Source: Wolbachia endosymbiont of Drosophila innubila
GTDB taxonomy: Bacteria > Pseudomonadota > Alphaproteobacteria > Rickettsiales > Anaplasmataceae
NCBI RefSeq assembly: GCF_021378375.1
Contig: NZ_CP076228.1
Location: forward strand, 1,020,001 to 1,052,000
Direction of reading: 5' to 3'
Length of the DNA stretch: 32,000 nt
Shown here: one piece after another, positions 16,477 through 26,161 of the stretch
How positions within the stretch are numbered: position 1 is the stretch's first letter
How the letters are laid out: each line of letters begins with the position of its first letter
Notes under the pieces: generated by a model
Databases searched by the model: none
What the model saw: only the letters and a program-made list of their open reading frames with translations
What the model was told of the DNA's origin: nothing
Position numbers and translations under genes: made by a program

Positions 16477-19400
16477 ATGGCAAACATTAGAATAGAAGTT
16501 TTAAATAAATGCGAGCAAATTGGCTGCAGATGGTTAGTCAACGTTTACTCGATTTACATACGCAAAGAATTACCATCCAAATTATATGAAGAAATTTGCG
16601 GGCTATTTTATAATAAAGTCATACAAGACTGCCGTTATTATTCCTACAATGAAAACCTTGAAGAAGTTCCGTATGATTTCATAGAACCACAAGCAAAGTG
16701 GGGCTTGGAAATAAGCTTCCTACCTGGCATGACCGATAATGTAGGCAACACAGTGAAACAAATTGTTAGAGAGTATTTAATAAGCAAAGGCTATATCGAC
16801 CAGCCTGTCATCCCAGCCCCTTCTTTTGTCATCCCAGTGCTTGACACTGGGATCCAGAAAGAGAAAACGCAGATTCCAGCGTCACGCGCTGGAATGACAC
16901 CAATTGAGATCAAAGCAAGAAGTTCAAAATTGATTCTAAGTCAAGGAGATTTACCAACCGAAGATGATATAAAACAAGAGTTCAACCCCATCACTGAGTA
17001 TTGCACACTTATCTGTAAAGAAAATAATAACTATAGCTGGGAATATTATGGTAAATATAAATCATTAAATACCCACTCCGGTGTCATTCCAGCGCGTGAC
17101 CAGGAAAAAAAAGAATGGATCCCAGTGTCAAGCACTGGGATGACAGAAAAAAAGGCTGGGATGACAAAAGAGAGCACTGGAGTGATATCAAGTAGTAATG
17201 GGGCTAAATCTGTTGATTTAAATGTAAGTGACCAAGAACTTGAGAAAATCAGCAGAGATGGAATCGATGGTAATGGCACTTTAGGGCTCTCGCTGGCAGC
17301 AATGAAAGCTATAAAGGATTACTTTAAAAAACTTGGTAGAAATCCATATGATATTGAACTTGAGTCTCTGGCACAGACTTGGTCTGAACATTGTAAACAC
17401 AATATTTTTTGCTCCCCTATTGATGAAATAAAAGACGGTCTATATGCTCATTATATTAAGCGTGCAACGCGTGAGATAAATTCTGACATATGCGTGTCAG
17501 TTTTCTCCGACAACGCAGGAGGAATAATTTTTGATGACGATTACTTGATTGTAGATAAAGTTGAAACTCACAATAGCCCTTCAGCTCTTGATCCATTTGG
17601 TGGAGCAATGACCGGAGTGCTTGGAGTTAATCGCGATATAGTGGGTTTCGGGAAAGGCGCAGAGCCTATAATGAATACCTATTACTTTTGCTTTGCCAAA
17701 GAAGCAAAAGGCAAATTTTATAGGGATAAAGAGCGCACTGATGAGATCTTACCGCCAAAATATATAATGAAAGAAGTGATTCGCGGTGTTAATGTTGCTG
17801 GTAATTGCTCTGGTATTCCAACACAACTTGGATCGGTATATTTCGACGATAGATTTTGTGGCAAGCCATTAGTTTTTGTCGGAAGCATTGGAATTATTCC
17901 ACGCAATATAAATAATGCACCTTCACACATTAAAGGACCAAAAAATGGCGATAAGATTGTAATTATTGGCGGAAGAGTTGGAAGAGATGGAATTCACGGT
18001 GCAACGTTCTCTTCAGAGGCTTTATCGGGAAATAGCCCTTCAACAATTGTGCAAATTGGTGACCCTATAACACAAAAAAAATTATCCAATGCCGTCATAA
18101 AAGCAAGAGATCTTGATCTTTATAATGCAATAACGGATAACGGAGCAGGTGGGCTGTCGTCGTCTATTGGTGAAATGGGAAAAGACGGATTTGAAGTTGA
18201 TTTGAGCAAGGTTCTCCTTAAAAACGATGGTATGGCTCAGTGGGAAATATGGATATCAGAATCACAAGAGAGAATGACCTTAGCAGTGCCAGAAGAAAAT
18301 CTCCCTATGTTTAAGCAAATCATGAAAAAACATGATGTGGAGGTTTGTGTGATTGGAGAGTTTAATGAGAGTGGTAAAGCTGTTGTTAAATGTCCTGAAG
18401 GGACAGTAATAATGGACATCGAAACTGAATTTCTGCATGATGGTAATCCCAAAGTGCATTTACAGACGAAACCGTGGTCTAAGGGGCTTCCAGCGCTATG
18501 CGCTGGAATGACAACAAGTTCGCCTTCTTTAGCAATTGAACTAAAAGAAATGCTGAGCAGACCAAACATTTGCAGCAAAGAGTTCATAGTGGTGCAATAT
18601 GACCATGAGGTTCAAGGGTCGTCAGTGCTGAAACCACTGCAGGGCAAGGGAAGAGTGTGCAGTGAAGCTATTGTTTCAAGGCCAATCCTTTCTTCAAATA
18701 AAGGTGTTGTAAAATCGCAAGGATTTGGCTCAAGTTATGGAGAAATTGACACCTACCACATGGCAGCATGTGCAATTGACACCGCGATACGCAACTATGT
18801 AGCCGCAGGAGGAAATATAAATCATCTAGCGTTGCTCGACAATTTTTGTTGGTGTGATGCTTATAATCCAGAAAGGTTGTGGCAACTAAAGAAAGCTGCA
18901 GAGGCTTGTTACGACTTCGCAACTGCATTTAAAACACCATTCATATCCGGAAAAGACAGTATGTTCAATGACTTCAAGGGATATGATGAAAATGGCGAGA
19001 AAGTGATAATCTCTGCACCACCTTCATTACTCATCTCAGCAATTGGAATTATAGAAAATATTGAAAATGCGGTATCGCTTGATGTAAAAATGCCAGGGGA
19101 CTTGATATATGTGCTTGGAGAAACACTTGATGAACTTGGTAGATCTGAATATCAGTTATATAGTGGAATAGGTAATAACAACGTACCAAAAGTTGATGCA
19201 AAGAGCGCTAGGAAGTTGTATGAGCGTTACAACCAGGCAATAAAAGATGGCATAATTGCCTCTGCAATTGCACCAAACTTAGGCGGATTAGTTATTGCTC
19301 TGGCAAAATCGCTAATTGCAGGAGACCTTGGTGCTGAAATCGATCTTTCACTAGTCCCAATAGGAAAAATACAAAATACAGACATAATAAACAAGATAAT

Positions 19401-19575
19401 AATGTTTTCTGAATCGCAAAGTAGAATTTTGGTTACTATTGCACCACAAAATCAGAAGAGGTTTGAAGAATTGTTTGAAGGTGCAGTTTATTCATGTATT
19501 GGCAAAGTAACAGAGAAAAAGGTGCTAAACATAAAGGATGTTTTAAAAGTAGATCTGAAAGATGTGGCATGCTAA
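16477..19575 (+). CDS. purL: phosphoribosylformylglycinamidine synthase, PurL (large form with N-terminal PurS-like region)
   Basis: 1032 aa. ETHNSPSALDPFGGAMTGVLGVNRD, GRDGIHGATFSS, DNGAGGLSSSIGEM, FISGKDSM are AIR-synthase-related/FGAM synthase motifs. Confidence 0.9.
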   Translation: MANIRIEVLNKCEQIGCRWLVNVYSIYIRKELPSKLYEEICGLFYNKVIQDCRYYSYNENLEEVPYDFIEPQAKWGLEISFLPGMTDNVGNTVKQIVREYLISKGYIDQPVIPAPSFVIPVLDTGIQKEKTQIPASRAGMTPIEIKARSSKLILSQGDLPTEDDIKQEFNPITEYCTLICKENNNYSWEYYGKYKSLNTHSGVIPARDQEKKEWIPVSSTGMTEKKAGMTKESTGVISSSNGAKSVDLNVSDQELEKISRDGIDGNGTLGLSLAAMKAIKDYFKKLGRNPYDIELESLAQTWSEHCKHNIFCSPIDEIKDGLYAHYIKRATREINSDICVSVFSDNAGGIIFDDDYLIVDKVETHNSPSALDPFGGAMTGVLGVNRDIVGFGKGAEPIMNTYYFCFAKEAKGKFYRDKERTDEILPPKYIMKEVIRGVNVAGNCSGIPTQLGSVYFDDRFCGKPLVFVGSIGIIPRNINNAPSHIKGPKNGDKIVIIGGRVGRDGIHGATFSSEALSGNSPSTIVQIGDPITQKKLSNAVIKARDLDLYNAITDNGAGGLSSSIGEMGKDGFEVDLSKVLLKNDGMAQWEIWISESQERMTLAVPEENLPMFKQIMKKHDVEVCVIGEFNESGKAVVKCPEGTVIMDIETEFLHDGNPKVHLQTKPWSKGLPALCAGMTTSSPSLAIELKEMLSRPNICSKEFIVVQYDHEVQGSSVLKPLQGKGRVCSEAIVSRPILSSNKGVVKSQGFGSSYGEIDTYHMAACAIDTAIRNYVAAGGNINHLALLDNFCWCDAYNPERLWQLKKAAEACYDFATAFKTPFISGKDSMFNDFKGYDENGEKVIISAPPSLLISAIGIIENIENAVSLDVKMPGDLIYVLGETLDELGRSEYQLYSGIGNNNVPKVDAKSARKLYERYNQAIKDGIIASAIAPNLGGLVIALAKSLIAGDLGAEIDLSLVPIGKIQNTDIINKIIMFSESQSRILVTIAPQNQKRFEELFEGAVYSCIGKVTEKKVLNIKDVLKVDLKDVAC
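16804..16901. repeat. family A composite repeat (two 9-bp-stem hairpins) inside purL, in frame
   Basis: cctgtcatcccagccccttcttttgtcatcccagtgcttgacactgggatccagaaagagaaaacgcagattccagcgtcacgcgctggaatgacacc. Encodes PVIPAPSFVIPVLDTGIQKEKTQIPASRAGMTP. Confidence 0.9.
17080..17170. repeat. family A composite repeat inside purL, opposite orientation to 16804..16901, in frame
   Basis: ggtgtcattccagcgcgtgac...tggatcccagtgtcaagcactgggatgaca...ggctgggatgaca aligns module by module with the reverse complement of 16804..16901. Encodes GVIPARDQEKKEWIPVSSTGMTEKKAGMT. Confidence 0.9.
18488..18513. repeat. single hairpin module of family A inside purL
   Basis: ttccagcgc-tat-gcgctggaa followed by tgaca. Encodes LPALCAGMT. 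Confidence 0.7.
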
Positions 19576-19670
19576 TATAAAATATTTTTCTTATTATGCT
19601 AAATAACTCTTTTACTATATGTAATGTTTATTTAGAATGAATGTATGTTATTAATTTTGGGTAGGTAATT

Positions 19671-20183
19671 ATGTCTATTTTATCGATACTCCTGTTTATC
19701 AGTCTTTCTTTACTCAACACTTCAAATAAATTGATGATATGTGCTGCCTTATTTGTGGGAGCTGCTTTAGTTGTAAATTCAATGGTTGAATTTTATGGCA
19801 GAAGCAAAGCTACGTACAACTTAATAGTGTGTACAGCGCTATGTTGTGTTTTTAAATGGCAAAGTTTTAATTTGATGATATTGATTTCATATACTGCAAT
19901 TTTAGTATCTCTTCTCTCAAGCATAATTATTTTTGAAAAATTGAAGTCCAAGTTGAATTTTCATATGGCAAATTTCATTACTTTAATTATAGCATCAGTG
20001 GTTGATAGTGCCGTTGTATGTGTTGGATTACTATACAAATTTTCTGCAGGTAAATGCCTATCAATATATACTAGAGACTTAATTTTTAAGTTTTCTTATG
20101 CGTCAGTATTGAGCATCTGTTTGTTTGTAGGAATGTATTTATTTTGCTTGGCAAACAAGAAGTATTTTAAGATTTCCACATAA
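19671..20183 (+). CDS. small integral membrane protein, possibly VUT/YhhQ-like (queuosine-precursor transporter family)
   Basis: 170 aa, 5-6 hydrophobic segments, GGTAGG RBS-like element 7 nt upstream. Weak resemblance at VNSMVEFYGRSKA and IIASVVDSAVV to YhhQ motifs. The family call is tentative. Confidence 0.5.
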   Translation: MSILSILLFISLSLLNTSNKLMICAALFVGAALVVNSMVEFYGRSKATYNLIVCTALCCVFKWQSFNLMILISYTAILVSLLSSIIIFEKLKSKLNFHMANFITLIIASVVDSAVVCVGLLYKFSAGKCLSIYTRDLIFKFSYASVLSICLFVGMYLFCLANKKYFKIST

Positions 20184-20276
20184 CCTGTTTTCTGATATAG
20201 CTAAACTGACTTTGGGTCCTAGGGGTGTATTTGGTGCGTAACAACAGTTTAGAATTTATAGGTAGCCTAAACCCAC

Positions 20277-20693
20277 AACTGTACAAACATTATGATTTGA
20301 GCCTATCAGGGGGGTGTCATTCCAGTCTGGAATCCAGAAAAAAGAATGGTGTCATCCCAGTGCTTGACACATAGCTGTACGAACATTCATTTTTGAAGGT
20401 AAATTGCACAGCAAATGGTGTCATTCCAGTCTGGAATCCAGAAATTTTGCTTATAACTGAGCTGATGAGCTAAAGGTAGTTGTCTTACGCTAAAACAAAC
20501 GTTTTTAATTAAGTTGCATAGAACCAGTGTCTGGGCACTGGCCCACTGGTGGGAATTGCTCCTAAACTACAACGTTCGTACAGCTATGTGCTTGACACTG
20601 GGATGACATCATAGGGGCACTGGCCTACTTAACCGTCATACCGTCGCGGTATCTCAGCCGCTAACAAGTAGCGGAATGACGATTTATCAAACG
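20277..20693. repeat. dense array of family A modules plus one family B element in the 616-bp gap upstream of uvrA
   Basis: aactgtacaaacattatgatttg; ggtgtcattccagtctggaatccagaaa (twice, near 20313 and 20417); ggtgtcatcccagtgcttgacac; agctgtacgaacatt; ccagtgtctgggcactgg; inverted acaacgttcgtacagctatgtgcttgacactgggatgaca; family B at 20634..20681. Confidence 0.88.
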
Positions 20694-20799
20694 CTGCCTA
20701 ATTTTCCGTAACAGTTGAAAAAATCCATAGAAAATCAATATATCACTATAAATTCACGTATTTTGAGGCTATAATGGTTAATACGTTATATGGTATAAT

Positions 20800-23595
20800 A
20801 TGGACGATTTTATCAGAGTTAAGGGCGCAAGGGAACATAATCTGCAAGGTGTAGACGTCAATATACCGAAAAATAAGCTAGTTGTTATAACTGGGCTAAG
20901 TGGTTCTGGCAAGTCTAGCCTTGCATTTGATACGATTTATGCAGAAGGCCAACGCCGGTACGTTGAAAGCCTGTCAGCTTACGCGCGTCAATTTCTCAAC
21001 ATTCAGGATAAACCAGATGTTGAGTCGATTACAGGTCTCTCTCCTGCAATATCTATCAACCAGAAATCGATCTCAAAAAATCCAAGGTCAACAGTTGGAA
21101 CTGTTACCGAAATTTACGATTACTTGCGCTTAGTATATGCACGAATAGGAGTTCCTTATTCACCTGCAACTGGATTACCAATAACAAAACAAACGGTGTC
21201 TCAAATTGTAGACACTATAATTGCGTTACCTTTAGAAACTAAGATATATATACTTGCCCCTGTTGTGCGTGGTAGAAAGGGAGAACATCTTAAAGAGATA
21301 TTGGAAATTAAAAGACAAGGTTACGTAAGGTTCAAAATAGATGGTGAAGTGTACAATGTAGATGACTTGCCTAAACTCGATAAGAACAAGAAACACGACG
21401 TTTTTGTGGTTGCAGATAGAATATCAATATTGGGCGATATAGGAAATCGACTGCCAAGTAGTATAGAATCCGCACTAAAACTTGGTAATGGTCTAATGTA
21501 TGTAGAAATAGTAAACCTACCTGACAACCATAATTCCGAGTATAAAAATGGTCAAATTCTGACTTTTTCAGAGAATTTTGCATGCCCCGAGTCTGGTTTC
21601 ACTCTTGAGGAAATAGAACCAAGATTATTTTCTTTTAACAGCCCTTACGGTGCATGTGGTTCGTGTAATGGGCTTGGTAAAAAACTAAGTGTTGATATAA
21701 AGCTAATAGTACCGGATGAAACTCTTTCAATATCTGAGGGTGCTTTAAAGCCAGTGGGATCAATGTTCCGCCAAGTGCACACAGGTTATGGATTTCTAAA
21801 AAGTGCAATTCTATCACTGGCTGAAAACTACAAATTTAACCTTGATATTCCGTGGAAGAACATAGATCAAGAAGTAAAAGATATGATACTCTTTGGCTCT
21901 AATAAATTTCAAGGTTTGATCAGTATCTTGGAGAACCAGATGGATTATGATGAAACACTTGTTGAGCGATATTGCTCTGTCACTCACTGCAGAGAATGCA
22001 CTGGCTATAGATTGAGAAAAGAAGCGCTTACAGTAAAAATTGATAGCAAACATATAGGTGAAATATCAGGGCTTAGTATCGATGAATCCCTTAAGTGGTT
22101 TGAAAATTTGCCAGACAAGCTCACAGAACAACAGAAGCAAATCTCAAATAAAATACTAAGTGAAATAATCAAGAGGCTAACATTTTTAAAGAATGTAGGG
22201 TTGAATTACCTAACGCTTGATCGAGAATCTAGCACTCTCTCTGGCGGTGAGAGTCAGAGGATCAGACTTGCTTCGCAAATTGGCTCAGGATTAACGGGGG
22301 TTTTATATGTTCTTGATGAACCCTCGATTGGCCTTCATCAATGTGATAATGATCGGTTAATTGCCACACTAAAAAACTTAAGAGACATGGGTAACACTGT
22401 AATCGTTGTTGAGCATGATGAAGATACAATAATGGCTGCTGATTATGCGATTGATATTGGTCCTGGAGCTGGCGTAAATGGTGGAAAAGTTGTTGCAGAA
22501 GGAACACCAGACCAGGTGCAAAGAAATTCAGGGAGCATAACAGGGCAATATTTGAGTGGAGAGAAAAAAATTTTAATTCCAAGGAGAAGAAAGCAAGCAA
22601 CTCAGTTCATAAAAGTAATAAATGCATGTGAAAATAACTTAAAAAATGTAAACGTTAAATTTCCTATAGGGAATCTTATTTGTGTTACTGGAATATCAGG
22701 AGGGGGAAAATCAAGTTTAGTCATAGAAACGTTATATAAATATTCAGCACATAAGATACATCATTCGTCTGCAAGGTATAGTCAGTGTGATAGAATAGAA
22801 GGCCTTGAATATATAGATAAAGTTATAGAAGTTGATCAGTCGCCAATTGGTAGAACTCCTGCGTCAAATCCAGCAACATATGTTGGTATGTTCACTCATA
22901 TAAGAAATTGGTTTGCAGGTCTTTCGGAGTCAAAAGCAAGGGGATATAATATAGGCCGGTTTTCATTTAATACCAGAGGGGGAAGGTGTGAGGCTTGTAA
23001 AGGTGATGGGCACTTAAAGATAGAGATGCATTTTCTACCGGACGTTTATGTGAAGTGTGAGCAATGTAAAGGGCGAAGGTATAATCGGGAAACATTGGAA
23101 GTTACTTATAAAGAAAAATCAATCTCTGATGTGCTTGATATGACGATAGATCAGGCTTGTGATTTTTTTGAAAACCTTCCAATGGTAAAAGAAAAGTTGG
23201 TTTCTTTGCAGGAAGTAGGGCTTGGCTATATAAAACTCGGACAGTCGTCAACAACGTTGTCTGGGGGTGAAGCACAACGAATAAAGCTGTCCAAAGAGCT
23301 ATCAAAACGATTTACCGGAAGAACATTGTATATTCTTGATGAGCCAACAACTGGATTACACTTTGAAGATATAAATAACTTACTAAAAATACTCCATAGA
23401 TTAGTCAATCTGGGAAACACTGTTATAGTTATCGAGCACAATTTGCACGTTATAAAAACTGCAGATTATATAATAGACATCGGACCAGAGGGCGGAATAA
23501 AAGGCGGAGAAGTGATTGCTACTGGAACTCCAGAAGAAGTGGTAAAAATTCCAGAAAGTGTTACAGGCAGGTATCTTAAAACGTATTTATTATAA
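20800..23595 (+). CDS. uvrA: excinuclease ABC subunit A
   Basis: 931 aa. [34 protein letters not shown], two ABC ATPase modules ([24 protein letters not shown]), zinc-finger cysteines CxxC. Confidence 0.97.
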   Translation: MDDFIRVKGAREHNLQGVDVNIPKNKLVVITGLSGSGKSSLAFDTIYAEGQRRYVESLSAYARQFLNIQDKPDVESITGLSPAISINQKSISKNPRSTVGTVTEIYDYLRLVYARIGVPYSPATGLPITKQTVSQIVDTIIALPLETKIYILAPVVRGRKGEHLKEILEIKRQGYVRFKIDGEVYNVDDLPKLDKNKKHDVFVVADRISILGDIGNRLPSSIESALKLGNGLMYVEIVNLPDNHNSEYKNGQILTFSENFACPESGFTLEEIEPRLFSFNSPYGACGSCNGLGKKLSVDIKLIVPDETLSISEGALKPVGSMFRQVHTGYGFLKSAILSLAENYKFNLDIPWKNIDQEVKDMILFGSNKFQGLISILENQMDYDETLVERYCSVTHCRECTGYRLRKEALTVKIDSKHIGEISGLSIDESLKWFENLPDKLTEQQKQISNKILSEIIKRLTFLKNVGLNYLTLDRESSTLSGGESQRIRLASQIGSGLTGVLYVLDEPSIGLHQCDNDRLIATLKNLRDMGNTVIVVEHDEDTIMAADYAIDIGPGAGVNGGKVVAEGTPDQVQRNSGSITGQYLSGEKKILIPRRRKQATQFIKVINACENNLKNVNVKFPIGNLICVTGISGGGKSSLVIETLYKYSAHKIHHSSARYSQCDRIEGLEYIDKVIEVDQSPIGRTPASNPATYVGMFTHIRNWFAGLSESKARGYNIGRFSFNTRGGRCEACKGDGHLKIEMHFLPDVYVKCEQCKGRRYNRETLEVTYKEKSISDVLDMTIDQACDFFENLPMVKEKLVSLQEVGLGYIKLGQSSTTLSGGEAQRIKLSKELSKRFTGRTLYILDEPTTGLHFEDINNLLKILHRLVNLGNTVIVIEHNLHVIKTADYIIDIGPEGGIKGGEVIATGTPEEVVKIPESVTGRYLKTYLL

Positions 23596-23649
23596 ACTAT
23601 TTCTTAATTATATTAGGCTAGGTTGCATATTTATGATTTGGAGATAAGA

Positions 23650-23964
23650 ATGTCAGTATATCGATACTTTAGAAGGTACGTTGAATATGGAGTTGTACCT
23701 GCTAAGAAAGCAGAAGATAACACACTAGTTCCAGAAAATAGTTTCTATAAATCTGTACGTTACGTTGATAATGTGCTAGGACCTGTGAAAGATGTAATTT
23801 GTGGAGTTGAGAGTAAAGACAATTATAACAAGTATTATCAAGATAATGATAAACGTGGGTCACAGGGCAGAGAAAGTGTATTCATTGTGTGCACTTGGTG
23901 CTATTTTAGCAGCCAACATAATATTGCAACCTTTATGTTTGATACTATAACTAAAGTGACTTAG
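23650..23964 (+). CDS. hypothetical protein (weakly supported)
   Basis: ATG at 23650 preceded by GGAG 7 nt upstream. 104 aa with no recognisable motifs. The tracked ORF starts at TTG 23623. Confidence 0.3.
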   Translation: MSVYRYFRRYVEYGVVPAKKAEDNTLVPENSFYKSVRYVDNVLGPVKDVICGVESKDNYNKYYQDNDKRGSQGRESVFIVCTWCYFSSQHNIATFMFDTITKVT

Positions 23965-23974
23965 GTTTACCGAC

Positions 23975-24046
23975 GATTTGATAAACGACAAATTCGTCAT
24001 CCCGCTGCTTGTTAGCGGGATCTAGAGATACCGCGGCGGTATGACG
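23975..24046. repeat. family B structured repeat, inverted relative to the copy at 20634..20681
   Basis: cgtcatcccgctgcttgttagcgggatctagagataccgcggcggtatgacg is the reverse complement, with a few changes, of cgtcataccgtcgcggtatctcagccgctaacaagtagcggaatgacg. The flanking tttgataaa motif is also shared. Confidence 0.85.
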
Positions 24047-24191
24047 TAGGAAAACCTGACTTGCACTAGCTACAGCACCCAGCAGTGGCTCAGTTTGAAC
24101 TATATTGAAATGGAATAAAAAGTGAAAGAGTGTAAGCTTAAGTTACTTTAGCTATACTATATAAATTATTTTATAATATATTTAATGAGTT

Positions 24192-24452
24192 GTGAACCTT
24201 CTCTTACTAAAAAAAGCTACAAATCTCATATTTCCAAGCGTATGCGTAAGTTGCGAATGTATCATTGATGAAAATCTTAATCTGTGTAGTGAATGCAACA
24301 AAAAAATCAATTTTCTAACTAAGCATTACTGCAATGTTTGTGGCGTAGTAATCTCAGACAATATTTATACGTGTGGTAAGTGCATCATCAATCCTCCACC
24401 GTTTAAAGTATTAAGATCAGTTTTTGCTTATGATCAACATAGTAGAAACATG
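24192..24452 (+). pseudogene. comF: ComF-family (phosphoribosyltransferase-type) protein, N-terminal 87 codons only, truncated by ISWpi1
   Basis: The GTG-start ORF reads FPSVCVSCECIIDENLNLCSECNKKINFL...YCNVCGVVISDNIYTCGKCIINPPPF..LRSVFAYD, the double CxxC N-terminus typical of ComF. The reading frame runs into the IS inverted repeat at 24453. Confidence 0.75.
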
Positions 24453-25365
24453 AGAGGTTGTCCGGAAACTAGTAAATTCAAGCATATTCCCTCTTTAACA
24501 TAACCCTACTCATAGCTAGGTATATGAAATTCTCAGTGGATGTTGTGAGTAAATCATACTCCTTCGATAGCCTTCTATTCCTATTAACCCAAGCAAAAGT
24601 CCTTTCTACAACCCATCTTCTTGGCTGTACTTTAAACCCTTGTTCTCTTGTTGGTAGTAGCTCAGGTGGCGTATCTTTGTGCACCCAAAATCTACATGGA
24701 GGCCTTTTAACAATTTCAATATCTATGTCATATTCTTCCTTTATGTGATTCTTTAAATTTCTTCCTTGGTATCCCATGTCAGCCCACATTTTTTTTAACT
24801 TTAGTATATTTTGTTCTCATATTGTTTAATGCTATTTTAATACCATCTCTATCATTTTCGTTAGCAGCGCCTACGTAACAACCTAGTATAAAACCCTGAG
24901 TGTCTGTAATTATATGCCTTTTTCTACCCTTTACTTTTTACTTCCATCATAGCTTTGATCCCCCTTTTCTGTAGTCTTTACAGATTGACTATCTACTATA
25001 CAGGCACTCGGCTGCTCATTCTTTCCTATTTTTCTTCTACTATATTTTGTAATTTCATAATTCATTTTCTCAAAATTCCCTGCTTCTTCCATTGCCTGAA
25101 CTGCTCATACACAGTCTTCCATAGCGGAAAATCATTTGGTAAATACCGCCATTGACACCGTACGCAATACATAGAAAATTGCTTCTAATATTTCTTTTTT
25201 GCTATACTTTGGCAGCCTTCCTCCTTTCTTGTATGATACTCTGAAGTGTTTTTCTATTCTTGCCCATTCCCTTTCGCTTAGATCTGTTGGATACTTTTTT
25301 CTCATCTTTACCCCGTACTAAAATTTCAGATATTATAGCCTTTTACTTGTTTCCGGACAACCTCT
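24453..25365 (-). mobile_element. ISWpi1-like IS5-family insertion sequence, copy 2 (913 bp), OrfA destroyed by indels
   Basis: Perfect IRs agaggttgtccggaaac/gtttccggacaacctct. OrfB (24478..24789) is identical to copy 1. The OrfA region differs from copy 1 by four small indels (T8 vs T6, ttt vs tttt, aaaa vs aaaaa, loss of ct). Confidence 0.9.
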
Positions 25366-25366
25366 G

Positions 25367-25885
25367 AAACGCTATAAAAAATTTCCTGATAATCTCTCGC
25401 ATATAACACAAAGTTGGGATACTGCGGTTTCAACAAGTAACATGAGCAACTTTAGTGTCTGCACCACCTGGGCAAAAATAGATAATAAATTCTATTTACT
25501 CGACGTATATCGCGCAAAGCTTGAGTATCCAAAGCTTAAAGAACAGGTTTTGTCACTAGCTGCAAGATGGACGCCACACGCAATTTTAATCGAAGCAAAA
25601 ACAAGTGGTCAACAATTGGTGCAAGAGCTAAAGACAAACAGTGATTTACCGATTATTGAAATAGTGCCACATGATGACAAGCTCACTCGATTTCATCAAA
25701 TTGTTCCGATTATAGAGTCTGGCAAGGTTTTTCTGCCACATCAAGCAGTATGGCTGAACGATTTTGAGTATGAGATTTTAATGTTTCCTGAAACGCGCCA
25801 CGACGACCAAGTGGACAGTACCGTGCAATATTTGCAGTGGGTGAGAAACAGTACCTCTAGGGTTACGGCTGTACGGGCATTGTGA
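25367..25885 (+). pseudogene. phage terminase large subunit, C-terminal nuclease-domain fragment (WO-prophage-like remnant)
   Basis: The frame is open from the IS boundary. It reads ...TQSWDTAVSTSNMSNFSVCTTWAKIDNKFYLLDVYRAKLEYPKLK...LIEAKTSGQQLVQEL...FPETRHDDQVDSTVQYLQW, which are terminase large-subunit C-terminal motifs. No ATPase N-terminal part is present. Confidence 0.8.
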
Positions 25886-25966
25886 TTTGAGAGCAATTTC
25901 CACAAGGGAGGATGTCATCCCAGCGCTCCTTTTTTTGTCATGCAAGTAGCTGACACTGGAATCTAG
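25867..25966. repeat. family A composite repeat overlapping the end of the terminase fragment
   Basis: ggctgtacgggcattgtgatttgagagcaatttccacaagggaggatgtcatcccagcgc...gtcatgcaagtagctgacactggaatctag. Confidence 0.85.
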
Positions 25967-26161
25967 CTTCTCGTTGCTGCTGCGATCATATACTATTGTA
26001 ATGAGCCTTCAAAGTCACTTAAAAATAGCAACGTCCAAGGGTTTTCTGAAAAGGCCCCACAACCCGGTTCGTAAAATTCACAAGAACCATTAAAATATTT
26101 TTTTACTTTTCATTGTATATTTCTCAACATATTATCTTTAAGTACTAAAATAATTAACAAT

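Noticed and set aside
20760-20799. Sigma70-like hexamers (ttgagg ... ttatat / tataat) just upstream of uvrA, and similar boxes before topA and polA
   Set aside because: In sequence this AT-rich, -10-like hexamers occur by chance everywhere. Spacing to the start codons is implausibly short and no independent support exists, so no promoters are reported.
23623-23964. The small ORF after uvrA as a partner gene of a novel system
   Set aside because: It has no motifs, no neighbouring uncharacterised genes that would form an operon, and is followed directly by repeats and a truncated comF. It is reported only as a low-confidence hypothetical CDS.
20634-24046. uvrA plus flanking inverted family B repeats as a composite transposon or cargo element
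   Set aside because: The repeats are about 50-bp non-autonomous elements, no transposase or integrase lies between them, and uvrA is a core gene. It is kept only as a low-interest structural observation.
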